Assembly (NCBI GenBank): GCA_963610995.1
Contig: CAVDQW010000187.1
Coordinates: forward strand, 1 to 44,800
Origin: a bacterium
GTDB taxonomy: Bacteria; Actinomycetota; Coriobacteriia; Coriobacteriales; Atopobiaceae
Direction of reading: 5' to 3'
DNA length: 44,800 nt
The notes under the pieces were generated by a model, which saw only the letters and a program-made list of their open reading frames with translations, had not been told where the DNA came from and did no database searches. Shown here piece by piece: positions 8,439 to 17,308 of this stretch. Position 1 is the first letter of the stretch; every line of letters starts with the position of its first letter. A program made the translations under genes and the position numbers.

Positions 8439-9029
8439 ATGGAAGAACAAGCCGCCACGCCCGCATCTGCGCCGAAGGCGAATGGAACCCGCATCCCGTC
8501 GATTGTCGTGATTCTCGCGGCGATCCTGCTCTGCGTAAGCTACTTCTTGCCGTTCACGACGGCGAAGGAAGACTCGATTGCGACTAACTCATACGTTCAG
8601 AGCGTCGAGGTCAGCGAAGGGTCCGACGTGACAATTGGGGACCTGGCCAGCCCTTCCGTTATTACGTGGGCTCGCTTCTACAAAGCGTACTCGGAGCGCG
8701 TCGCTAGCGCGAGTTCCAACTCGATGAACGATTACATCGTCCTGTTCTGGATCATCGTCGTCTCGGGTGCGCTTGCCGTTCTCGCATTGCTGTTCGCCCT
8801 TTTGCGTAAAGCGATTCCGACGACGCTGTTCGCGCTTCTGAACCTGGGCCTCAACGCGTTTCTTTGCCACTACTTCGAAGGGTATGGCCCGGTCTCGAGC
8901 GGCGCCGCCAGCGATTGGGCACCCGGCCACGTGGTGATGCTCGCTGCGGCCGCCGTTCTTGCCGCCGCTGGCATCTGGCTCTTCGTCGCCAAGCACGCCG
9001 AGAAGAAGATCGCCGCTGTCAACGCCTAA
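8439..9029 (+). CDS. Hypothetical integral membrane protein (~4 TM helices)
   Basis: ATG after AAGGAGAGG; four hydrophobic segments. Confidence 0.8.
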   Translation: MEEQAATPASAPKANGTRIPSIVVILAAILLCVSYFLPFTTAKEDSIATNSYVQSVEVSEGSDVTIGDLASPSVITWARFYKAYSERVASASSNSMNDYIVLFWIIVVSGALAVLALLFALLRKAIPTTLFALLNLGLNAFLCHYFEGYGPVSSGAASDWAPGHVVMLAAAAVLAAAGIWLFVAKHAEKKIAAVNA

Positions 9030-9062
9030 CTGCGCGCCTCAACCAATCAGGTCATCAAAACA

Positions 9063-9234
9063 GTTCCCGGGCATAAAATCACAGTTGCATCGCTTCAAAA
9101 CAGCTAACATCTGCGATTTTGTGCCCGGGAACGCGCGGCGGCCGGATCGACGAGTGGCGCCCGAGCTCTCATCTGGGCGTAAAACGGCCATTTCCACCTC
9201 GTCTGAGGAGCCGAAATGTCCGTTCCATGCCCGG
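9063..9234. repeat. Tandem subtype A (9067-9128) and subtype B (9173-9234) 62-bp hairpins
   Basis: Homologous to 6686-6747 and 8278-8339 respectively. Confidence 0.85.
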
Positions 9235-9447
9235 GTGCGTGACATGCCATCGATCGGATGCCTTGCGACTTTTGCGTCGTTTTGCAGTTTTAGATTTCCT
9301 TTGCAGGTTTTGCCAAATGGGTCGGCCGAGCGAACACGCCGTTCGCGGAACCGTCGGCAAAATTCAGCCACGAACTGAGGAATTGCTTTCCGTGCCTTTT
9401 CAGAATGGTCTCACAGGCGAATAACGCCCAGTTGATTGGAGCAAACC

Positions 9448-10155
9448 ATGAAGAAGACGGCGGCAATTATCGTTTCTGCGGCACTCGCGCTTACGTTGGG
9501 AGCGTGCGGCTCTTCTTCGTCGAAGAAGTCGAGCTCCGACACCTCGTCCTCGACCACGCAGGAGCAGACGACCACTAAGTCCGATACCTCGTCGTCCAGC
9601 GGCTCGTCATCCACCAAGTCGGACACTACGTCCTCTACGTCGACGGGTTCGACGTCAAGCGGCAGCTCGTCTTCCACTTCGGCCGATTCCTCGTCGAGCA
9701 AGTCGACTTCTTCGGAGAGCGCGTCTTCTGCGGCGGAGGCGCCTTCCAGCAGCGGCGCTTCGAGCATGCTCGATAAGGCCAAGAACAGCGCCCAGAGCCT
9801 CGCCGACAAGGGCAAGAGCATCCTCAAGTCGATCACTGGCAAGAGCGACACCTACGACTCCATCTACGAGGAGTACAGCACCAAGATCACCGACATGACC
9901 CCTGGCAAGATCGACGAGTTCAACTCCGAGGCGGATGCGTCTGACGGCGAGATCAGCACCCTTGCCGAGATCAGCAATAACAAGGTCTCCGACCTGGCCG
10001 AGGTTTGCACCGAGGGTATGGGCAAGATGGCCGAGCTCATGTATCGCAACGGCGACGACTACTCCGTCTACGAAGAGAATGCGCAGAAGCTGTACTCGGT
10101 CTACGAGAGCTGCGGCACGGAGATCTACAACGCGTACATGGATCGTGCGGTGTAA
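9448..10155 (+). CDS. Lipoprotein with long Ser/Thr-rich linker and helical C-terminal domain
   Basis: MKK signal peptide, lipobox LGAC, Ser/Thr-rich region; RBS GGAG. Confidence 0.85.
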   Translation: MKKTAAIIVSAALALTLGACGSSSSKKSSSDTSSSTTQEQTTTKSDTSSSSGSSSTKSDTTSSTSTGSTSSGSSSSTSADSSSSKSTSSESASSAAEAPSSSGASSMLDKAKNSAQSLADKGKSILKSITGKSDTYDSIYEEYSTKITDMTPGKIDEFNSEADASDGEISTLAEISNNKVSDLAEVCTEGMGKMAELMYRNGDDYSVYEENAQKLYSVYESCGTEIYNAYMDRAV

Positions 10156-10194
10156 GCGTTGGCGGAAATCGCAGGTGATTGAGGCCGAACAACC

Positions 10195-11016
10195 ATGCCT
10201 TATTGCTATTACTGCGGCATAAAGCTCGAGGAAGACGACGTGTATTGCGGCGGATGCGGCAAGCACGTCGTCTCCTCTGTCTCTCGGAAGGCCAAGCCTG
10301 AGGCGGCGTCTGCTGCAAAACCAAAGTCTGCGGCAAAGAAGAAGGCCACGGCGGCTCCCAAACCGAAGGCGCCGAAGGGGCCTAAGGCCAAGGAGCCGAA
10401 GACCGAAGAGAAGCCGCTGACGCACAAGATCTATGTGTCCGGCGATGTTCACGCGAGCATCTTTGCCGATAAGCGCTCGTTTGAGTTCACCGAGGGCAAT
10501 GGCCAGCTAATTTGTACTGCGCGCGGCAAAAGGGAAGTGATCGACGGAGGGTTTTTCGTTGAGGATCATTCGGAGAGCGTCTATAGGATTAAGGATGACC
10601 GGGGCGAGGTTGCCGGTGAAGTCGAGTTCCGCGAGATAACCGGTGAGGACAGCTACATTCGTACGACGTTCCACACACGTTTGTGGACGCAGCCGGGCGA
10701 GCCTTCGAAGCAGGGTTTCTTTCAAAAGGCCCAAAACTATCACGATTCTGAGGGGCATGAATTCGAATCGCAGGAGTTCTACTCGGTGAACGACCTGCCC
10801 GGCTTTAACAAGACGACCAAAGCGGTCGGTTCGTACAGGGCCGTTAGCGAAGGTAAGTTGTTCAGTTTTATTCCCGCGCGTACTGACGTGACCTTGAAAA
10901 GGGATCACGTGGCCTCGATCGAGCCGGAGGGCGATAGCTATCGGATCGACTACGAGGGCCCCGAGCACGTTCTGACTGCAGTAATGATTTTCCTCGCGCT
11001 GTACGCGAAACTTTAG
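10195..11016 (+). CDS. Zinc-ribbon protein with Lys/Ala/Pro linker; C-terminus possibly LURP-one/tubby-like
   Basis: N-terminal CYYC-x10-CGGC; C-terminal DSYRIDY...VLTAVMIFLAL resembles the LURP-one terminal helix (tentative). Confidence 0.75.
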   Translation: MPYCYYCGIKLEEDDVYCGGCGKHVVSSVSRKAKPEAASAAKPKSAAKKKATAAPKPKAPKGPKAKEPKTEEKPLTHKIYVSGDVHASIFADKRSFEFTEGNGQLICTARGKREVIDGGFFVEDHSESVYRIKDDRGEVAGEVEFREITGEDSYIRTTFHTRLWTQPGEPSKQGFFQKAQNYHDSEGHEFESQEFYSVNDLPGFNKTTKAVGSYRAVSEGKLFSFIPARTDVTLKRDHVASIEPEGDSYRIDYEGPEHVLTAVMIFLALYAKL

Positions 11017-11025
11017 GAGCTAAGA

Positions 11026-13074
11026 ATGGCGTTTTGTACCAAATGCGGCAACCAACTTCGAGACGGCCTCGCGTTTTGCACGAAGTGCGGCGCTGCGGTG
11101 AGGAAGGCACCGGTGTCGGCGGCGGCAGCAGCGGTGCCACCGCCTATACCAGTGGCAGAGGAGGAGCCGGCAACGAAGGCTGAGGCGACGGACGAGACTG
11201 CGCGCGTGGGCAGTTCGGCCGCTGCAGTCGAGCCCGGGCGGACGGAGGCGCCCAACGACGTTGCGCCCGAGCCTGAGCCTGTAAATCCTACGACTGCGTC
11301 TGACCCCGTGTCCGAGACCGAGCCTGCGTGTTCCGGGGCTTCTGAGACGGAGGTTCTGGATAAGGACCAGCTCGACGTAGATGAAGAGCAAGAATGCCAG
11401 CCCGAGCCCGAGGCGGTTGCCGACGCGCCGCAGGATCAACCGGCCTCCAGTCAACCGGCGTCCGATCAAGACAAGCTCGCGGAAGAGCTGGGCCAGGTCG
11501 TTGCCGCGGCAGAAAGCGGTGCTGCTTGGGTCGCCGACCGGGTCAAGACCTCCATCGACGGCGCAAAGGCAAGCTTTGAGGCCGCCGAAAACGGCGAGGA
11601 CACAGCCGATGATCAGCTGGCAGACAAGCTGTCCGGGGGGATACTCGCCGTCATTAAGTGGTTTAAGAAGGTGAAGGCCAACTTCAACGCGGAAGACGTC
11701 AAGGGCTGGCTGAAGAAGAATAAAAAGGTGGTCGTCTTTGCGGCGGCCTCGTTGGTCGTCCTTGCCCTGGCGTTGGGGGCCACCTTAATTTTCAGCAGCT
11801 CGTCCTCGTCGGCGAAATCCGCAACGTCAAGTTCCGCCACCTCGACCACATCCAACAAAACGACTGCTCCGAAGAAAACGGAGACGAAGAAGTCCTACTC
11901 CACGCAAATCAAGGTGAAGTGCGAGAAGAACCTGGTCCTCTCCACGTACGACGTCGAGATTTTCGTGGACGACACGAGCATCGCCACGCTCGATCACGGC
12001 GACGAGGGCTCGTGGGACAGGAGCATTACCCAGGGGTCGCACACGCTCAAGATTTGCAAGAAGGGCGACACGAGCGTCGACGGCACGAAGGTGTTCACCA
12101 TCTCTGCTGAGTCCGTGATCGAATGCACCGTGTCGACCACTTCCACGCAGGTACAGATCAAGGATTTCTCTTGCCTGACCAAAGAGGCGGCTAAGAAGGC
12201 CGAGGAGGAGGCCGAGAAGAAGAGGCAGGAAGAGGAGCAGGCGAAGCTCGAGTCGCAGCAGTTCGTGTCTGACGGGACGGGCGCGACCCACTCCGTCCAT
12301 TTCTCGGTTTCCAGTAGCAAGAACGTGCTCTTCAGCAAGTACAACATCAACTTCTACCTGGACGGCTCTCTCATCAAGACGGTTGAGCAGGGCGAGACAA
12401 CCGAGTGGGACCAAGAGCTGGAGGGCGGCAAGCACACCGTTCGCTTCGCGAGCGCCGATGACGATTCGGTCGATGGGATGCAGGCGTTCACGGTCTCGAC
12501 CGAAAGTTATTTGAGCTGCACGCTCTCGTGCTCGAGCTACAAGGTCGCCATTGGCAACTTCTCCTTTGAGACGCAGCTCGAGAGGGACCAAGCGGCCGAA
12601 GAAGCGAAGCAGCGGGAAGCCGCCGAGGCTGAGGCGGCGAAGCAGAAGGAGGCAGCCGAGGCCGAGGCAAAGGCCAAGCAAGAGGCCGAGGCTGCCGAAA
12701 AGGCCAAGGTTCTGACGGTGGACAACTGCGAGGATCTGGCGAATTTGCTTACCTCTTCTAGCTCGGACGCGAGCTCGTTTGCTGCCGCGTACAGCGGGCG
12801 CACGATTGAGTTCGACGGCAACATTGCTCACATGAGCAGCCACAACGGCGCGAAGACGCGCTTCGACGTGCTGATTTACGCTGGCGATTACAGCGAGGCA
12901 TCGGCTAAGGGTCCGCATATGCAATATGAGGACGTTAATTACTACAACATGGGAGCGAGCGGTATCGACTCGGTGCAGATGGGCCTTAACGTGCGTATTC
13001 GCGCGATTGTTGGCAGCTATAACGCCAGTACCGACATTCTTAGCTTGACTCCGGTTTCTATGACTGCCCGATAG
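11026..13074 (+). CDS. Zinc-ribbon, single-TM protein with two duplicated beta domains, coiled coils and DUF4839-like C-terminus
   Basis: CTKC-x10-CTKC; TM VVVFAAASLVVLALALGATLIF; internal duplication; C-terminal GRTIEFDGNIAHM...TRFDVLIYAGDYS. Confidence 0.8.
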   Translation: MAFCTKCGNQLRDGLAFCTKCGAAVRKAPVSAAAAAVPPPIPVAEEEPATKAEATDETARVGSSAAAVEPGRTEAPNDVAPEPEPVNPTTASDPVSETEPACSGASETEVLDKDQLDVDEEQECQPEPEAVADAPQDQPASSQPASDQDKLAEELGQVVAAAESGAAWVADRVKTSIDGAKASFEAAENGEDTADDQLADKLSGGILAVIKWFKKVKANFNAEDVKGWLKKNKKVVVFAAASLVVLALALGATLIFSSSSSSAKSATSSSATSTTSNKTTAPKKTETKKSYSTQIKVKCEKNLVLSTYDVEIFVDDTSIATLDHGDEGSWDRSITQGSHTLKICKKGDTSVDGTKVFTISAESVIECTVSTTSTQVQIKDFSCLTKEAAKKAEEEAEKKRQEEEQAKLESQQFVSDGTGATHSVHFSVSSSKNVLFSKYNINFYLDGSLIKTVEQGETTEWDQELEGGKHTVRFASADDDSVDGMQAFTVSTESYLSCTLSCSSYKVAIGNFSFETQLERDQAAEEAKQREAAEAEAAKQKEAAEAEAKAKQEAEAAEKAKVLTVDNCEDLANLLTSSSSDASSFAAAYSGRTIEFDGNIAHMSSHNGAKTRFDVLIYAGDYSEASAKGPHMQYEDVNYYNMGASGIDSVQMGLNVRIRAIVGSYNASTDILSLTPVSMTAR

Positions 13075-13082
13075 GAGATAGC

Positions 13083-13871
13083 ATGCCTTTTTGCACTAAA
13101 TGCGGCAATAAGCTCGAGGACGACGACGTCTTTTGTGGCACCTGCGGGACGGCTGTTCCGCTGGTCGGAATCGTGGGCGAGGGCGACGAGGACGAGGAGC
13201 CCGAGCCCGTGGCCGAGCCTGAGCCTGCGGCCGAGGCTGAGCCTGCGGCTAAGCCGGAGCCCAAGGCGGCTGAGCCGTCCCGCGAGAGCCAAGTGAAGCG
13301 CTGTCCCGCCTGCGGCGAGGTTGTGAGTCTCAATGACTTCGTGTGCAAGGCCTGTGGCCATGAGCTGCGGCGCGTTACCGACGGGTCGATCAATGATCTG
13401 TATAGAAGGCTCGAGCAGCTCGAGGCCGCAAGGACAAAGGATGAGGGCGAGACGAAGGACGGGATTCCGAGGACGGATGCCCTGAAGGCCAATGCCATCC
13501 GCTATTTCCCGATTCCGAACACCAAGCAGGACCTGCTTGAGTTCCTGGTTATGGCGAAGGCCAACAGCCAAGAGAGCGACTCGGACTACGAGGAAGTCGT
13601 TCTCGAGGCGTGGAAGTCGAAGTTCGACCAGGCGTACGACAAGGCTGAGGCGTTGTTCGGGGAGGACGAGGACTTCTCGAAGTTCGAGAAGATTAAGGGG
13701 CGGAGCCATGAGAACAAACTCTCTGGCAACGCCATGAAGCTGGTGATGGTCGCGATAATCCTCGGTGTTTGCCTGGTTGCGTGCTTGATGGACAGTTCGA
13801 TGGGGCTTCTATTCCTCATGATGGGCCTATTTCTATCCGTCGCAATTTTTATGCCTTCACTGTTTGGCTGA
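13083..13871 (+). CDS. Double zinc-ribbon protein with C-terminal TM hairpin
   Basis: CTKC..CGTC and CPAC..CKAC, helical FPIPNTKQDLLEF domain, two C-terminal hydrophobic helices; RBS AGGAG. Confidence 0.8.
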   Translation: MPFCTKCGNKLEDDDVFCGTCGTAVPLVGIVGEGDEDEEPEPVAEPEPAAEAEPAAKPEPKAAEPSRESQVKRCPACGEVVSLNDFVCKACGHELRRVTDGSINDLYRRLEQLEAARTKDEGETKDGIPRTDALKANAIRYFPIPNTKQDLLEFLVMAKANSQESDSDYEEVVLEAWKSKFDQAYDKAEALFGEDEDFSKFEKIKGRSHENKLSGNAMKLVMVAIILGVCLVACLMDSSMGLLFLMMGLFLSVAIFMPSLFG

Positions 13872-13895
13872 CGTGAAAGGACGAGGTGAATAGCC

Positions 13896-15260
13896 ATGCC
13901 AAATAAGCCTGGATTCATGGACGAGATCCGCTGCGACGAGAAGGACTACCTGATCTGGAAGTGGCGGCCGCAGGGCAACTCTCAGCGGGAGAACGCGATC
14001 CGTTGGGGGTCGTCGCTCTCGGTGCGCGACGGGTCGGTGGCGGTGTTCGTGTATCGCCGCAAGGGCGAAGCGTCCGTGCAGGAGTTCATCGAAGGCCCCT
14101 TCCAAGAGACGCTTAAGACCTCTAACCTGCCCGTTATTGCTAGCATTGTTTCAATGGCTTATGCGGGTGGTACGCCGTGGCAGGCCGAGGTGTACTTCAT
14201 TAACCTCGCCAAGGTGGTGCAGTCGCGCTTTGCGGTGCGCTACTTCGACGTGTTCGACCCGCGCTTCCCCGACTTCGGCGTGCCCGTGGCGGTGCGCGGC
14301 ACCATCACGTTCCACATCGCGGACGCTCGCGAGTTCATTGGCCTGCATCGACTGGACGAGTTCACGCTCGAGGACTTCCAGCTGCAGATTCGCGACGCCG
14401 TTGCGCGCAAGGTCAAGGCCATCGTGGCTGCGCTGCCGAGCAAGCAGCAGATTCCGTTGCCGCAACTCTCGGGCCAGACCGAGGTCGTGTCCGAGGCCGC
14501 GCTCCTGGCCCTGGGCGATACCCTGCGCAAGACCTATGGCGTCGAGCTCAGCACGCTCGACATCAGCGCCGTCGACGTGGATAAGGACAGCTACGGCTAT
14601 CGCCAGCTCAAGGCCATGACGCAGGACGTGACCGAGGCCACCATTCGCGCGCAGACCGAGGCGAACCTCAAAAACATCCGCGAGATGCAGCGCGTGCAGA
14701 TGGAGAACCTCTCTGAGCAGCTGCGTATTGAGCGCGAGGAGGGCCAGTACGCCATGCACAAGCGCACGCAGAGCACGAACCTCGGCGCGTTCCAGGTCGA
14801 GCAGCAGGCGGCTGTCGGCGTGGCCGGTGCCGAGGCGCTCGGGCACATGGGCGAGAATGGGGCTGCGGCCGTGGGCCTCGGCGGGGGCGGCGGCTTCGAT
14901 ATGGCGGGTCTCGCCGCGGGCATGGCGATCGGCGGCGCTGTGGGGCAGAACGTGGCCGGCGCGATGAACGGCATGTTGGGCGGCTTCGGCGGTGCCACGG
15001 CGGCGGGCACGGGCGCCGCCGGGGTGGCGGTTCCGCCGCCCATCCCCGTGACCAGGTACTTTGTCGCTATCAACGGCGCGGCCACCGGTCCGTTCGATAT
15101 GCAGGCGCTCGGTTCCATGGCGTCCGCCGGAACTCTCGCGGCCAAAACGCTCGTCTGGAAAGAGGGCATGGCTCAGTGGGCACAGGCGTCAACGGTGGAT
15201 GAGGTCGCGGCGCTTCTTGGCAGCAACGGCCCCGCAACCCCTCCGCCCATTCCGGAGTAG
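13896..15260 (+). CDS. SPFH/band-7-like (YdjI-type) protein with coiled coil, Gly-rich segment and C-terminal GYF_2/DUF4339-like domain
   Basis: LIWKW...SLSVRDGSVAVF...GP..LKTSNLP...AEVYFIN...VPVAVRGTITF; C-terminal YFVAINGAATGPF...TLVWKEGMAQW; RBS GAGGTG. Confidence 0.82.
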   Translation: MPNKPGFMDEIRCDEKDYLIWKWRPQGNSQRENAIRWGSSLSVRDGSVAVFVYRRKGEASVQEFIEGPFQETLKTSNLPVIASIVSMAYAGGTPWQAEVYFINLAKVVQSRFAVRYFDVFDPRFPDFGVPVAVRGTITFHIADAREFIGLHRLDEFTLEDFQLQIRDAVARKVKAIVAALPSKQQIPLPQLSGQTEVVSEAALLALGDTLRKTYGVELSTLDISAVDVDKDSYGYRQLKAMTQDVTEATIRAQTEANLKNIREMQRVQMENLSEQLRIEREEGQYAMHKRTQSTNLGAFQVEQQAAVGVAGAEALGHMGENGAAAVGLGGGGGFDMAGLAAGMAIGGAVGQNVAGAMNGMLGGFGGATAAGTGAAGVAVPPPIPVTRYFVAINGAATGPFDMQALGSMASAGTLAAKTLVWKEGMAQWAQASTVDEVAALLGSNGPATPPPIPE

Positions 15261-15265
15261 CCTCA

Positions 15266-15389
15266 GTTTTTACTTGCCGCTCAATAACAAAACGGCCCTT
15301 CCGCAGGTAGGCGCAAGTCGTCTACCTGCGGCTTTGTTTTCGGTTTTACTTGCTTTCTTCTTATCATTTACTTATCATCTACTTATCAA
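15266..15389 (+). repeat. 124-bp direct repeat, left copy
   Basis: 117/124 identical to 16882-17005 by manual alignment; internal hairpin CCGCAGGTAGGCG/CGTCTACCTGCGG; CTTATCA x3. Confidence 0.95.
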
Positions 15390-15413
15390 AACGAGCAAAT
15401 TTGAGGAGGCGGC

Positions 15414-16880
15414 ATGCCGCAGAACGAGCCGATGGACCTCATCTACCAGCTTGTCGGGTACCCGAACGAGACGGAGTGGATCGAGTTCAAGGAGGGTAAC
15501 GCTGACCCCGAGCAGATCGGGCGCGACGTATCTGCCCTGGCCAATGCCGCCGCTTATGCCGGCCGCGAGTTCGCTTACAAGCTTTGGGGCGTGGTCGACG
15601 GTACGCACGAGCTCGTGGGCACCTCTTTCGACCCTCTTGCTTGTAAGGCCAAGGGCAACCAAGATTTGCAGATTTGGCTGCGTCGCATGCTCTCGTCCAA
15701 TGCGAACTATGAGTTCGTCACCATCGAGCACGGCGGCCTCGTGTTTGTCGTCGCGCGCATCGCCGCGGCGTCGGCCCAGCCGGTCTACTTCCAGAAGCGG
15801 GCCTACATTCGCATCGGCAGCAGCACGACGGAGCTCGCACCGGGGTCCGCGCGCGAGGCGGAGCTGTGGCGCCGCCTGCAGCGCGCGGACTTCGAGCGCC
15901 AAGTTGCCTTGGGTGGCCTTTCCGATAACGACCTGCTCGAGCTTCTCGATGTCGAGACATTCTATACGCTACTCAACCTGCGCAAACCTGACCAGAAGGC
16001 GGCAGTACTCGCGGAGTTCGCCAGCCAGGACCTTGCCCGTCGCCAAGACGACGGTGCCTATGCAATCACCAATCTCGGCGCGCTTCTCATCGCTCGCAAG
16101 CTCACCGATTTCCCGGGGTTGCGCAAGCGCGCGCTTCGCGTCGTCCGTTTCGATGGCAAGGGCAGCACGGACATCGTCGACGACCAGCTGTTCGACGAGG
16201 GTTATTCGACGGCTATCACGCGGGCCGAGAGCTACATCATGTCCGTCGTCCCGGCCCGCGACGTCGCTGACGGAGCGTTCCGGCGCGTGGTGCGGGATTA
16301 CCCGCAGCGCCTCGTCCGCGAGCTGCTCTCTAATGCCGTTATTCACCAGGAGCTCTCGGACGCGAGCGCGGGCCCGTTCGTCGGCATCCACTCGAACCGC
16401 ATCGAGTTCCTGAACCCGGGCGCAAGCCTCGTTGCGCCCGATCGAATGCTCAATGCTTTGCCTCGTACCAGGAACAACGCGCTCGCGGGTCTGCTTCGTC
16501 AGATGGGTCTTTGCGAGGAGGGTGGGACCGGCTGGGACCGAATCATCGAGTCGTGTGAGGAGTCCTTAATGGTGACCCCGCGCATCGAGACGGACGAAGA
16601 GGCGGGCACCAGGGTGACCGTCTTCGCGGGTTCCGGTTATGAGCGCATGACTAAGCGTCAACGCATGGACGCTGCCTACTGGCACGCCTGCCTCACGTAC
16701 TCTCGTGGTGAGTCGATGAGTAACCAGACGCTCCGGGAAAGGTTCGGCCTGCCGGCGGAGCAGAAGAGCACGGTGGCGATTTCTCGCCTGATTCGCGAAT
16801 GCTGCAAAGAAGGGCTTATCAAGGAAGAGGATGAGGACGCTCCGGCTAAGTTCAAGCGCTACATCCCGGCATGGAGCTAA
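15414..16880 (+). CDS. Schlafen/AlbA_2 domain + GHKL-like (HATPase_c_4) domain + C-terminal HTH protein
   Basis: ETEWIEFKE, VSALANAA, WGVVD; RELLSNAVIHQ, NPG, RNNALAGLLRQMGLCEEGGTG; RBS GAGGAGG. Confidence 0.85.
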   Translation: MPQNEPMDLIYQLVGYPNETEWIEFKEGNADPEQIGRDVSALANAAAYAGREFAYKLWGVVDGTHELVGTSFDPLACKAKGNQDLQIWLRRMLSSNANYEFVTIEHGGLVFVVARIAAASAQPVYFQKRAYIRIGSSTTELAPGSAREAELWRRLQRADFERQVALGGLSDNDLLELLDVETFYTLLNLRKPDQKAAVLAEFASQDLARRQDDGAYAITNLGALLIARKLTDFPGLRKRALRVVRFDGKGSTDIVDDQLFDEGYSTAITRAESYIMSVVPARDVADGAFRRVVRDYPQRLVRELLSNAVIHQELSDASAGPFVGIHSNRIEFLNPGASLVAPDRMLNALPRTRNNALAGLLRQMGLCEEGGTGWDRIIESCEESLMVTPRIETDEEAGTRVTVFAGSGYERMTKRQRMDAAYWHACLTYSRGESMSNQTLRERFGLPAEQKSTVAISRLIRECCKEGLIKEEDEDAPAKFKRYIPAWS

Positions 16881-16881
16881 G

Positions 16882-17005
16882 GTTTTTACTTGCCGCTCAA
16901 TAACAAAACGGCTCTTCCGCAGGTAGGCGCAAGTCGCCTACCTGCGGTTTTATTTTCGGTTTTACTTGCCTTCTTCTTATCATTTACTTATCACGTACTT
17001 ATCAA
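16882..17005 (+). repeat. 124-bp direct repeat, right copy
   Basis: Starts 2 nt after the stop codon; period 1616 bp from the left copy. Confidence 0.95.
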
Positions 17006-17092
17006 TCGGGGCGGTTGAGCGCCTTGGGTGCGACTCTGGGAGGGCTTGAAATCAGTCGGAAAACTGGGTTGGCGGACAGCAAGGAAGCGTGA

Positions 17093-17244
17093 CTGTCCAA
17101 AAATCGAACTTGACGGTCGTTTCTGGGGGATTTGCCGAGCAGCTTGCATTCGGGCACACCATCTACCTGGGGTTTGTTGCCGGCGATTCTGCGGATACTC
17201 GCGGTAATGGCGAAAAACGACCGTCAAGTTCGATTTTTGGACAG
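17093..17244. mobile_element. MITE-like element, 152 bp, ~30-bp terminal inverted repeats
   Basis: CTGTCCAAAAATCGAACTTGACGGTCGTTT and its reverse complement; second copy at 23132-23284; mobility inferred only. Confidence 0.65.
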
Positions 17245-17308
17245 CGGTGGCCAACTATGCCGTCGCCGGGCGGGCTACCATGGGGCAAAACGACGGGAGG
17301 GGTTGCGC

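Noticed and set aside
6686..9234. Classical integron attC array
   Set aside because: No intI in the window and no RYYYAAC/GTTRRRY boxes; the genes appear to have their own leaders.
9261..9316. Roughly 10-bp-phased TTGC/T-tracts upstream of the lipoprotein operon
   Set aside because: Short, imperfectly phased and single-copy; may be promoter curvature but too weak to call.
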